From the NCBI GenBank assembly GCA_964599885.1, contig CAZRHH010000011.1:1998-65997 (forward strand): a stretch of DNA of 64,000 bases, in the 5' to 3' direction. The notes beneath the pieces are model-generated. The model did not search any database, was not told where the DNA came from, and saw only the letters and a list, made by a program, of their open reading frames with translations. How positions within the stretch are numbered: the first letter of the stretch is position 1; each line of letters opens with the position of its first letter. This document shows positions 8,896-17,708 of this stretch, piece after piece. This DNA comes from an uncultured Dehalococcoidia bacterium (GTDB taxonomy: Bacteria; Chloroflexota; Dehalococcoidia; DSTF01; JACRBR01). The position numbers and the translations under genes were made by a program.

Positions 8896-10444
8896 TAACT
8901 CCTCCATTCTGGCTAGGGTCAATATCCGTCCCGAATCGGATGTGTACGCAACGTACCAACGGCTGAGCTATAAGCCGTGGTTTGCGCTGGCGGAGTTCGT
9001 GGATAACTCAACTCAAAACTACTACGACAACCGTGATCGTCTCCTGCGCGAGTACGAGAAGAGCCGGCCACCTGAGAAGCTTGTTATCGAGATCGTTTAC
9101 GACAATGAAGCGAACAAACTAACCATTCTGGACAACGCGAACGGAATGGAAATCGACGAACTCACGCGGGCGTTAACGTTGAACCGCCCGCCGCCCAACA
9201 CCGCCGGACGCTCGGAATTCGGAATGGGATTAAAGACGGCGGCGTGTTGGTTCGGCAAGACCTGGACGATCGAGACTAGTCGGCTCGGATCCGTGAGGCG
9301 ACTCACCGCTCAAATACACGTTCCCGATCTCGTCGCTAACAAGACTGAGGAGGTGCCAGTCTCAACGACGCCGGCGGAGCCGCTTGAGCACTTCACGACA
9401 ATCACGATCGAGGGCCTCTACAACCCGATCCGGGGCCGTACGCCCGGCCGAATCCGCGACCAGCTAGCGAGCATCTACCGTCGCGACATCCATTCGGGTG
9501 AAATCGAAATACGCTGGAACAACGAACCGGTTACCTTCCCAGAGCCACCGATTCTCGAAGAGACACTCCCGTCGGGCGAAGTAAAACGTTGGCGAACCGA
9601 TGTTTTCTTCAACGTCGCCTGCGATGGAAGACCCGACGCTCTCCCGGTGCGTGGCTGGCTCGCGATCCGCATCCCGGCGAGTCAACGAGATGCAGGCTTC
9701 GTCCTAATGCGCAAAGGACGGGTGATTGTTGGCGGCCCAGGGGAAGGCTACAAGCCAACGGAGATATTCGGGCAGGGGAACACCTTCCGTTCGCAACGTC
9801 TGTTCGGCGAGTTGGATCTAAATGACTGGCCCGTCTCGCAGGCCAAGGACGCCTTCGATTGGTCAGGGGGCCTGGAGGATGCCTTCATCGAGCGGCTCAA
9901 AGATGTCGCACAAGAGTACATGGATAAGGCAGAAGGTCACCGCTCCGGAGATGCAGTCACTCAAGGCGACATGCAGTTGGCCGCCGAAACCACGCAGCAA
10001 GTCTTTAGCAACCCGCAGTTCACATCTGCCATCGTTGCCGATCTTAGCCAACGGGCCGAAGTAGACGCGTCCGAGGCGGGTTTTGCCGAGGCGTTAGTCT
10101 CGACGAGGTCCGGGCCAATCCTTTATCGCCTCGATTTGGGAACCGAAGCTTGGCAGTTTCGTCTCTACTGGCAAACCCAGAAGAGTGAAGCTCACTGGAT
10201 GCAAGTTCATTACCCAGACGACAACACGATCGACATCTTCCTCAACATGGCCCATCCATTCCTCGAACCTCACGTCACGAACCAACAGTCGCTGGAACTC
10301 ATCAACAAGTTCGTTCTGGCGCTGGCCCTTGCTGAGCGCATGGCTCGTCGCATACATGGCGACGGCCTCGTTGCTCCAGGAGACTTCAGGACGTTCATGA
10401 ATCGCGTCCTGCGTCGAACCGCTGACTTGGAGGGTGGACTATGA
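8888..10444 (+). CDS. GHKL-superfamily ATPase (HATPase_c_3 / MORC-like)
   Basis: The GHKL boxes are present in order: N-box EFVDNSTQN, G1 box LDNANGM, G2 box SEFGMGLKTA. Its ATG overlaps the MTase stop (ATGGGTGA). Confidence 0.65.
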   Translation: MGDNSSILARVNIRPESDVYATYQRLSYKPWFALAEFVDNSTQNYYDNRDRLLREYEKSRPPEKLVIEIVYDNEANKLTILDNANGMEIDELTRALTLNRPPPNTAGRSEFGMGLKTAACWFGKTWTIETSRLGSVRRLTAQIHVPDLVANKTEEVPVSTTPAEPLEHFTTITIEGLYNPIRGRTPGRIRDQLASIYRRDIHSGEIEIRWNNEPVTFPEPPILEETLPSGEVKRWRTDVFFNVACDGRPDALPVRGWLAIRIPASQRDAGFVLMRKGRVIVGGPGEGYKPTEIFGQGNTFRSQRLFGELDLNDWPVSQAKDAFDWSGGLEDAFIERLKDVAQEYMDKAEGHRSGDAVTQGDMQLAAETTQQVFSNPQFTSAIVADLSQRAEVDASEAGFAEALVSTRSGPILYRLDLGTEAWQFRLYWQTQKSEAHWMQVHYPDDNTIDIFLNMAHPFLEPHVTNQQSLELINKFVLALALAERMARRIHGDGLVAPGDFRTFMNRVLRRTADLEGGL

Positions 10445-12570
10445 CGAACGGAGTCATCGGGATCGACGAGGTCCCGGAGGACGATCCACGTTGGGCAGTC
10501 GACATCGATGGCGAGGAACTGACGCACCTTCAAGGTCGCTACCAAGGTAGGGTAGACGCCGACGAGTGGGACGTTGTTCGAGACACCGCAGCTAAACTCT
10601 TGGCGAACTGCCCGAACCCACGGGCACAGCTTCAGACGACTACCGGGCTCGCCCTGGGAAAAGTCCAAAGTGGCAAGACGCTGTCTTATACGGCACTCAT
10701 CTCACTCGGCATCGACAACGGCTACCGGATGTCCGTCGTCCTCGCCGGCACGAAGAACCCATTGTTAAAGCAGAACTTCGACCGTCTTTGCTATGACTTA
10801 GAGACGACCCGCCCCAACATCACACCCATACAAAACCCAACGCCGCTCGATGCCGTGGTGATTCGCTCAGTCATTGAGTCCGGACGGCACCCGCTTCTCG
10901 TGGTGCTGAAACACCGCAAACGTATTGACGAGTTGGTCGCCGCCCTAACGACCGAGGAGTTGACGCGATACCCCACTCTCCTTATCGACGATGAGGGTGA
11001 CGAAGCATCGCTCAATACGCAGTTCAGGCGTGGCCGGCAATCAGCGGTGTACAGCAGTATCCTTCGGCTTCGAGATCGACTTCGGTTTCACGCCTATGTG
11101 GCTTACACGGCGACTCCGCAGGCAAACCTTCTCATCTCCGGTATCGATGGCCTTTCACCCGATTTCGGCGTGTTAGTTCCGCCCGGACGCACGTACTGCG
11201 GCGGGTCGACCTTCTTTGGGCCCCGTCAAAACGAGTTCGTCCGAACGGTGCGTGCACAGGATGCAGCTCAACACGAGGCGACGCGCATTACCCAAAGTCT
11301 GCGCGAAGCATTGGCGGCGTTTGTCGTGGGTGCCGCCATTCGCCATCTTCGCGAGAATGCAGCGTGGCACTCGATGCTGATACATACAAGCCAACTCAAG
11401 GCTGATCACCAGCCATTAGAAAGCACTTTGCGCGAATTGATCGGAGCATGGCGCGACATCTCACGCTTAGACCCGCAAGACCCAACTCACGCCGAACTCT
11501 TCAAAATCTTTCAAACTGCGTTCGCTGATCTGCAGACGACAGTCGGTGAGCAGCCGACGTGGGAGCAAGTTGCTGAACAGATTCCGACAGAGCTTGGCGC
11601 CATCGAAATCTGGATGGTCAATAGCCTACCGGTTGGGCGCGACCCAATCGCGACGCCCTTCCGTCTGATAAACAACATCCTTGTCGGGGGCAACATGTTG
11701 GGTCGCGGGGTTACGATCCCGGGTTTGGCCGTCACCTACATCACTCGCCGCGCACAGAAAGAAACGAACGCCGATACTATGGAGCAGCGAGCTCGTTGGT
11801 TCGGCTACAAGCGGCACTATCTGGACCTCTGCCGAATCTATCTGACGGAGCAGTTGCGGGCCGACTACACACGTCTCCTACGTCACGAGGACGACTTCTG
11901 GGATGCACTCCGCAGGAATGAACGACAAGGGCTTTCTATTCGAGACTGGCCACGTATGTTCGCGCTGGACCTGACGCTGGGCGTATCACCGACGCGGTCG
12001 AGCGTAGCGGATTTTAGACAATTTCATGGGCGGAAGTGGGACACCCAGAACCAGTTGGTCAGAGACGGCCAGAAGGCAGTTGCCAACACCCAGTCCGCGA
12101 GACAATTCCTGTCTGGGCTCAACGGGACGCGGCGGCGGGTCGCCAATGTCGAGCACATCTTTTTCGAGTGTCCAACCGACCAACTCATCACTCAGCTACT
12201 CTCGCGCTTCGACGGTGAGGGATCGGATTGGGAGAACGCGTACACGTGTGAATATCTCACCAGACTCTTCATGGCTGGAGTTCTTCCAACTGTAGACGTC
12301 GTGGCTATGACGAACGGCGACGTACGCGAACGCACCCCCGATAAAAAGCGCGGCGGACGAGTAAATCCAATGCAGGGGCGTTCGCCGAACCGATCACCAG
12401 ATGATCCGTTGTTCTATCCAGGCGACGAGAACATCCATGGTGATCGTGTCCAGTTTCAGCTTCACTTCATCCGTCTAACAGACGATGGAACGGAAACGAC
12501 GGCTTTCGCGCTACACGTTCCCGAGGACGTGCGCTACGACTTGCGTTACGTGGTGAGGGATCCGACCTAA
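10441..12570 (+). CDS. Z1-domain protein (SF2 helicase-like P-loop ATPase)
   Basis: Walker A is GKVQSGKT and Walker B is LLIDDEGDEAS. ATGA overlaps the upstream gene and TAATG overlaps the downstream one. The size and layout are typical of Z1 proteins found next to Dcm and HATPase genes. Confidence 0.6.
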   Translation: MTNGVIGIDEVPEDDPRWAVDIDGEELTHLQGRYQGRVDADEWDVVRDTAAKLLANCPNPRAQLQTTTGLALGKVQSGKTLSYTALISLGIDNGYRMSVVLAGTKNPLLKQNFDRLCYDLETTRPNITPIQNPTPLDAVVIRSVIESGRHPLLVVLKHRKRIDELVAALTTEELTRYPTLLIDDEGDEASLNTQFRRGRQSAVYSSILRLRDRLRFHAYVAYTATPQANLLISGIDGLSPDFGVLVPPGRTYCGGSTFFGPRQNEFVRTVRAQDAAQHEATRITQSLREALAAFVVGAAIRHLRENAAWHSMLIHTSQLKADHQPLESTLRELIGAWRDISRLDPQDPTHAELFKIFQTAFADLQTTVGEQPTWEQVAEQIPTELGAIEIWMVNSLPVGRDPIATPFRLINNILVGGNMLGRGVTIPGLAVTYITRRAQKETNADTMEQRARWFGYKRHYLDLCRIYLTEQLRADYTRLLRHEDDFWDALRRNERQGLSIRDWPRMFALDLTLGVSPTRSSVADFRQFHGRKWDTQNQLVRDGQKAVANTQSARQFLSGLNGTRRRVANVEHIFFECPTDQLITQLLSRFDGEGSDWENAYTCEYLTRLFMAGVLPTVDVVAMTNGDVRERTPDKKRGGRVNPMQGRSPNRSPDDPLFYPGDENIHGDRVQFQLHFIRLTDDGTETTAFALHVPEDVRYDLRYVVRDPT

Positions 12571-13535
12571 TGCTACGCGAACTCTACGAACAGATTGCTG
12601 CGGACATCTCGGGGCATCGCTTCACGGCTAGACCTATTAACGCGTTCCAGGGCGCGTATCTGGCCGTCGATTCCCAACAACGCCCGGCACTATTTATGCC
12701 GACCACCGGTTCGTCGTCAGAGCCTCCGCTGCGCACCGCCCAAGTATCGCTACGGCTGAGCGGGAGGTTCACAATCACTCCAAACAATGCCGAGCCCGTT
12801 ACGGGAACCTTCGACTGCCTGGCTTGCGAGGCGACCGAGGCGCCGGCGATCCAGACCTTTCTCGTACTGGTCGAATCTTTTGTGGCGCATCAACCAAGCG
12901 ACATCACCATAAGCGAGTTCTTTCGGACCATCGTGCGGCTGTTCGCTATGCCTGCCGCGCGGGATCTGACGGCAGAGCGACAGGGTCTTTGGGGGGAGTT
13001 GTTCATGATGCGAACCGTGAACGGCTTCGCCTTCTGGGCTCCCTTTTGGCACACAGAACCGACGCGCCGATTCGACTTTTCTTCTATTGGGAAGAGGGTC
13101 GAAGTAAAGACCGCTCTAGAGGGGCCACGGATTCATCATTTTGGCCACAGGCAGATTTATCCCGTACCAGGCGAAGAGATAGTCGTCGCATCGCTGCTCG
13201 TGACCTATGATGATGCTGGGATGTCACTCCGGGACCTCATACTTGAGTGCCGACGTGAAACCGCATCAACGCCCCAGTTCATGAGCCTAGAAAGGGCTGT
13301 TCGGCGAGCAGGCATGGATGATGGAGATGAGACCGGACCAAAGTTCGATCCGACTGCGGCGGCGATTAATCTTGCATGGTTCGACTCCCAGGACGTTCCA
13401 CACTTCCAGGTTCCCGAGCCGCCGGGCGTCTCTGACACTCGTTACCGCGTCGATCTTTCCACCGCACCTCCTCTGGATGAGGGCGCTGTCACGAACTGGC
13501 TGCAGAACTGGCAACTCGTTGGCGCCACGCCCTAG
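12570..13535 (+). CDS. Putative PD-(D/E)xK-like nuclease (4th gene of the operon)
   Basis: A candidate D ... E-V-K motif sits in RRFDFSSIGKRVEVKT. It is translationally coupled to the Z1 gene. Assignment is by motif only. Confidence 0.4.
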   Translation: MLRELYEQIAADISGHRFTARPINAFQGAYLAVDSQQRPALFMPTTGSSSEPPLRTAQVSLRLSGRFTITPNNAEPVTGTFDCLACEATEAPAIQTFLVLVESFVAHQPSDITISEFFRTIVRLFAMPAARDLTAERQGLWGELFMMRTVNGFAFWAPFWHTEPTRRFDFSSIGKRVEVKTALEGPRIHHFGHRQIYPVPGEEIVVASLLVTYDDAGMSLRDLILECRRETASTPQFMSLERAVRRAGMDDGDETGPKFDPTAAAINLAWFDSQDVPHFQVPEPPGVSDTRYRVDLSTAPPLDEGAVTNWLQNWQLVGATP

Positions 13536-13705
13536 AGCCGCCGCCTAACCCCTTGACAGCTTCCTTATCATCAGAACACCAGCCCGTCACTTGAAGGGAG
13601 AATCTATGGCCGTCCTTGACGACACATGTGCACGATGCGGCGCGCGGTTTATCGCCTCGGTCGCTGATGCAGCGAGCTTTAGCACTGCCTGGGCTGGCTA
13701 ATTCA

Positions 13706-14233
13706 CTACGGTGTTGTTCTTAGCAACCCTAGGTTTATTAGTCGGTAAGCCATTGCTTGCGGACTGACCTGGAATCGCGATGCGAGATTTTGCACAAGTT
13801 GATCCTGTGACGGCATTGCACGCGCGTTGAGGCTACGAGTTACTTCCTGTCTTAAGAGCGCGGCCGGCATGAGTAGCTCCGCGGCGAACGCATTCGCTTG
13901 GATCTCTTCTGCATCGGTAGCGAGGCTTGACTTCGTATCGCGTCGGTTGACGTGAATGAACGAGTCGACGATGAGTGGTCGTCCTTTATGAAGTTGGAGA
14001 TGCGCGATTTCATGCGCAATCGTAAATCTTTGCCGAGTCGCTGGGTGCGTAGAATTGACACCAATGATTGTACGACTGGGTTCTCTAAAGAGCATACCCG
14101 AGGTATCGCTATCAAGGGGCCTGTATAAGAGTTCAACCCCGAGCGCTTGAGCTATGTCTTCTACGGGTACCGGAATGCGCGCCAGGTTCGTCTTCTGCAA
14201 GAGTTGTTGCGCAACCGACTCAGCTCTGTTCAC
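13706..14233 (-). CDS. ImmA/IrrE-family zinc metallopeptidase
   Basis: HExxH motif in FTIAHEIAHLQLH. Four-nucleotide overlap with the upstream XRE gene. Confidence 0.7.
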   Translation of the reverse strand: MNRAESVAQQLLQKTNLARIPVPVEDIAQALGVELLYRPLDSDTSGMLFREPSRTIIGVNSTHPATRQRFTIAHEIAHLQLHKGRPLIVDSFIHVNRRDTKSSLATDAEEIQANAFAAELLMPAALLRQEVTRSLNARAMPSQDQLVQNLASRFQVSPQAMAYRLINLGLLRTTP

Positions 14234-14595
14234 GACCGCTTCCTGGCTGGGGCGGGGCTTTCACCGACTATTTGCCTAACCCATTCTTGTTCATCTTTGG
14301 GGAGGGCCGTCAGTTGCTTTAGTACGCCTGCGGTCAGTTGTGTTTCTGCGCGAGTCGGCAACAGATCTTTTGGATCTAGGCCAACAGCCGCTGACAGGAG
14401 GTAGGCCATGTGAAGGGGTAATCGTTGATTACCCTTCTCGATGTTGGTGATAGAGGTTCTAGTAAGGCCGACGCGTTTTGCGAGCGTCTCCTGACGCAAG
14501 CCTGCACGCTGTCGAGCGCTGCTGAGGCGCCTTCCGAACTCAACGTAGACCCATTCCACGGTCGGAATTGTGACGGGTGTCACATGATCTGTCAA
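14230..14595 (-). CDS. XRE-family HTH transcriptional regulator (ImmR-like partner of ImmA)
   Basis: QETLAKRVGLTRTSITNIEKGNQRLPL is a classic XRE helix-turn-helix. Confidence 0.7.
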   Translation of the reverse strand: MTDHVTPVTIPTVEWVYVEFGRRLSSARQRAGLRQETLAKRVGLTRTSITNIEKGNQRLPLHMAYLLSAAVGLDPKDLLPTRAETQLTAGVLKQLTALPKDEQEWVRQIVGESPAPARKRS

Positions 14596-14850
14596 TGCCG
14601 CTGACAGTCAACGTCACTGACATTTAGTATGTCATCGGGTCTATGTAGTTGACAGGCAGTTGCGCGCGCAGTAATTTGATGGCGGAGTCGCGGATGGATC
14701 GGGATGGAGAGGTGGAGTTAGTGACGCAGCCATCGTCGAGACAGCTAACAAGGTTGCCTTGCTTCGAGCGTTCGTCGACATCGCGGCTTTGGCGGTGCAC
14801 TAGTTGTTCTAGCGGTAACAGTGTCGAGCATGACACACGAATTGCATCGG

Positions 14851-15009
14851 AGGTTCCTGATGTCCTATTCAATCGGCGAGAAGCCCGGCAAAGGAAAGTA
14901 CTGCTGCACGAACTGCAACTGGTCGGTTGATCTTGACGACGCGGACGATCGACTTCCACCTTGCGGCAACTGCGGAAAGGGGCAACAGACGACGTACAAC
15001 AATTGCTAG
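14851..15009 (+). CDS. Small zinc-ribbon protein (CxxC ... CxxC)
   Basis: GGAGG lies 7 nt before ATG 14851. The product has four Cys in KYCCTNCNW ... PCGNCGK. Confidence 0.35.
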   Translation, partial: RFLMSYSIGEKPGKGKYCCTNCNWSVDLDDADDRLPPCGNCGKGQQTTYNNC

Positions 15010-15050
15010 CCGACCTCATCAACCTAAGACTCGCGAAATGGAGACCAACG

Positions 15051-15170
15051 ATGACAGATCGCAAGATCGGACGCGACGCGAAGACCGGCAGAATCATTCC
15101 CGTGAAGGAAGCCGAACGCCGGCCGAACACTACCGTCGTCGAAACGGTCAAGGTGCCCAAGAGGAAGTAG
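15051..15170 (+). CDS. Small basic protein (39 aa), hypothetical
   Basis: GGAG lies 7 nt before ATG 15051. Product is MTDRKIGRDAKTGRIIPVKEAERRPNTTVVETVKVPKRK. Confidence 0.25.
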   Translation: MTDRKIGRDAKTGRIIPVKEAERRPNTTVVETVKVPKRK

Positions 15171-15291
15171 TTCTTGAGCCGGTTGGCCACGGCGCCCTGG
15201 TCTACGGACGCCGCGCGACCGCGCCGCCAAACGCAAGGGCTATCCGCTCTCGCACTCGAACAGGACAGTCCTGCCAGGAGGGGTTCCAGCA

Positions 15292-15537
15292 ATGTCGGAG
15301 AAACCAGCCACCATCATCGTCAACGGTACTCGGCACGAGTGGTCGGAGAAGACCATTTCCCACGCAGAGGTAGTAACGCTTGAGGTGCCTGACTACCCGC
15401 AGCACCCGGAGATCACTTACTCGATCAAATACACGCGCGGGCAAGGAAACAAACCTGAAGGCATCCTGGCTCCCGGTGAGTCTGTAAACGTTAAAGACGG
15501 AATGGTCTTCAGTGTTCAAGAAACTGGTCAGTCGTAA
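15292..15537 (+). CDS. Ubiquitin-like beta-grasp protein (multiubiquitin-like)
   Basis: AGGAGG lies 10 nt before the ATG. The product is 81 aa, with TIIVNGTRHEW ... ITYSIKYTRG ... GESVNVKDGMVFSV, a beta-grasp pattern seen in prokaryotic Ubls encoded beside E1-like genes. Confidence 0.5.
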   Translation: MSEKPATIIVNGTRHEWSEKTISHAEVVTLEVPDYPQHPEITYSIKYTRGQGNKPEGILAPGESVNVKDGMVFSVQETGQS

Positions 15538-16702
15538 CGACGACATTCGTCGCTTAGTTGAAACGGGCTACGCGGTTGCTTTCGACAGCAACTGCCTAGT
15601 CGTCCGCGATATTCCCTACCTCGACGCTGATCGGACGCTGCAAACTGGGGCGATTGTCACAAAGCTAGTGTTCATCGATCAAGAGCGTGTGACACAGGAC
15701 GATCACCAGATCTTCTTCGCAGGCTCCCCGCCGCATGGCCTGAACGGGGAGCCCATTCCCAATCTTGGCGGAGGCCCCACCCAGCTGCCTCTAGGCGAAG
15801 CGAGCAGCGATGTGGTCGTTCAGCGTTCCTTTTCGAACAAACCTAAGAGCGGCGCCTACAGCGATTTCTATGAGAAGATCGAGACGTACGTGACGATCAT
15901 CTCAGGGCCAGCCATAGCGCTCCATCACGTTAGTCCGCGTACCTTCCGTGCAGTCGAGAGCGTTGACCACGACTCGGTCTTCAAGTTCCACGACACTTTG
16001 ACAAGCAGGGCCGAGATTACTGACCTAGCCGCCAAGTTCAAGGATGATGTGGTGGCTGTCATCGGCCTGGGAGGCACGGGCTCGTACGTGCTGGACTTGT
16101 TGGTCAAGACTCCGGTGCGCGAGATCCGAGGGTTCGATAAAGACCTGTACTACGTGCATAACTCGTTTCGCTCGCCAGGGCGACTGGCGTCGAGCGATCT
16201 GGGCCAAAGCAAGGCTGCGGTCTACCTGGAGCGATACTCCGACTTTCGGTACGGCCTCTCCATCGAGGAAAAGTTCATTGATGCATCATCGAACGATGAA
16301 CTTGCGGGCGTCACGTTTGCGTTCGTCTGTGTCGACAAAGGCTCATCCCGCGCGGGGATCTTTGATCTGTTGATCGCGAACCACATACCGTTCATCGACG
16401 TCGGTATGGGTTTGAAGCGAACAGAATGCGGGCTACTCAACGGGCAACTTCGGGTGACGTATTACGCCGGGGAAAACGGCGCGGAGTTCCGTGATAAGCA
16501 ACTAGCGCCTCTGGAAGATGGAGGCGACGATGTGTACCGCGTCAACATACAGACGAGTGAGCTCAATGCATTCAACGCAGCTCTAGCATTAATCAGATTC
16601 AAACAGCTACGGGGGTTCTACATACAGGAGGAGCCTCTATACAATCTTCTATTCGAAATACGTGACCTGAAGATAGTCGGCGCCTCAACCAATGAGATTT
16701 GA
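15512..16702 (+). CDS. E1-like (ThiF/MoeB-family) ubiquitin-activating-type enzyme with an N-terminal domain of unknown function
   Basis: The central Rossmann motif VAVIGLGGTGSYVLDLLVKTPVREIRGFDKD matches the ThiF/E1 nucleotide-binding fold. It overlaps the Ubl gene by 26 nt and the next gene by 11 nt. Confidence 0.6.
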   Translation: MFKKLVSRNDDIRRLVETGYAVAFDSNCLVVRDIPYLDADRTLQTGAIVTKLVFIDQERVTQDDHQIFFAGSPPHGLNGEPIPNLGGGPTQLPLGEASSDVVVQRSFSNKPKSGAYSDFYEKIETYVTIISGPAIALHHVSPRTFRAVESVDHDSVFKFHDTLTSRAEITDLAAKFKDDVVAVIGLGGTGSYVLDLLVKTPVREIRGFDKDLYYVHNSFRSPGRLASSDLGQSKAAVYLERYSDFRYGLSIEEKFIDASSNDELAGVTFAFVCVDKGSSRAGIFDLLIANHIPFIDVGMGLKRTECGLLNGQLRVTYYAGENGAEFRDKQLAPLEDGGDDVYRVNIQTSELNAFNAALALIRFKQLRGFYIQEEPLYNLLFEIRDLKIVGASTNEI

Positions 16703-17090
16703 GATGGAGTGTGTCCACTACATGCCGGGAGAGTTGCGCGAAGGCGTCCTGTATGTGTCCGAGGAATTCGGCATCGCAAACCACCTATGCGCGTGTGGCT
16801 GCGGATCAAAGGTTAGGACCGCGCTGGGCCCTATGGAGTTTGCAGTGACCGAGACGGCGGACGGCCCAACGTTGCGTCCGTCCGTCGGAAACTGGCAGCG
16901 CGAGTGCCAATCGCACTACTGGATAACGCGAGGAGAGGTTATCTGGGCGGAACGTTGGACTCCCGACCAGATCGCCGCGGGAAGAACGCGAGAAGAAGCC
17001 CGGAGGCGCGCCTACTATGACGCGATCGATCGCCGGCGTGGCGGACTCTTAGGACAGATCTGGCGATGGACGAGGAGCTTGTTCTCGTGA
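16692..17090 (+). CDS. Cys/His-rich small protein (possible binuclear zinc / RING-like treble clef)
   Basis: Ligand candidates are C-x-H (MECVHY), H-L-C-A-C-G-C-G, and C-Q-S-H. Co-operonic with the E1-like gene. Confidence 0.45.
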   Translation: MRFEMECVHYMPGELREGVLYVSEEFGIANHLCACGCGSKVRTALGPMEFAVTETADGPTLRPSVGNWQRECQSHYWITRGEVIWAERWTPDQIAAGRTREEARRRAYYDAIDRRRGGLLGQIWRWTRSLFS

Positions 17091-17276
17091 TAGTCGCTAA
17101 CCTGCGTCGCACAATATTCGTTATGCGACCCCATTTCTTAGCCTCGGCTAGGCACGCCGTTAACGATTCGTTGTAGGCCGAACTAACTCATAGGCGCACG
17201 CCTCCAGCCTAACGCTATCGGCTCGAAAACTGCCGTCTTGACGGACGATGTTTTCGGTGTGCGATAATCCGGGCCG

Positions 17277-17642
17277 ATGACAGACGACGAAGTCCAAACA
17301 TTCGAACAGCTCCTTGGCAAGAAGCTCTCCCAGCAACAGGAGGCGGTGACTAAGCAGATCTCCGGACTCGCTAAGCGCGTCGAAGACGGCTTCGCCAACA
17401 CCGCGACGATTGCGCACGTCGACGCGATCGCCAAGCACCTCGGCGACACAATGGAGAAGCTCCATAGCGTAACGACAACCTTAAACGGGGTTGTCCAGAC
17501 GCAACGCGAGCATTCTCAGTCATTTGACTCGATCGATCGCAAGCTCAACGCACACCTTGACCGCCTCGATCGTCACGGCACGCGTATTGAAGTGCTTGAG
17601 GCCAAGACCTCGCGCCTCCCTGCTCCGCCGCGGAGAACGTAA
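17277..17642 (+). CDS. Hypothetical coiled-coil protein
   Basis: 121 aa, heptad-like, charged. Confidence 0.35.
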   Translation: MTDDEVQTFEQLLGKKLSQQQEAVTKQISGLAKRVEDGFANTATIAHVDAIAKHLGDTMEKLHSVTTTLNGVVQTQREHSQSFDSIDRKLNAHLDRLDRHGTRIEVLEAKTSRLPAPPRRT

Positions 17643-17708
17643 CTCCGAACCCACCCGCAACGTCCTAACTCTCCACGTTCTTCTGGATGTTCATCGACTG
17701 TTTGGTCG

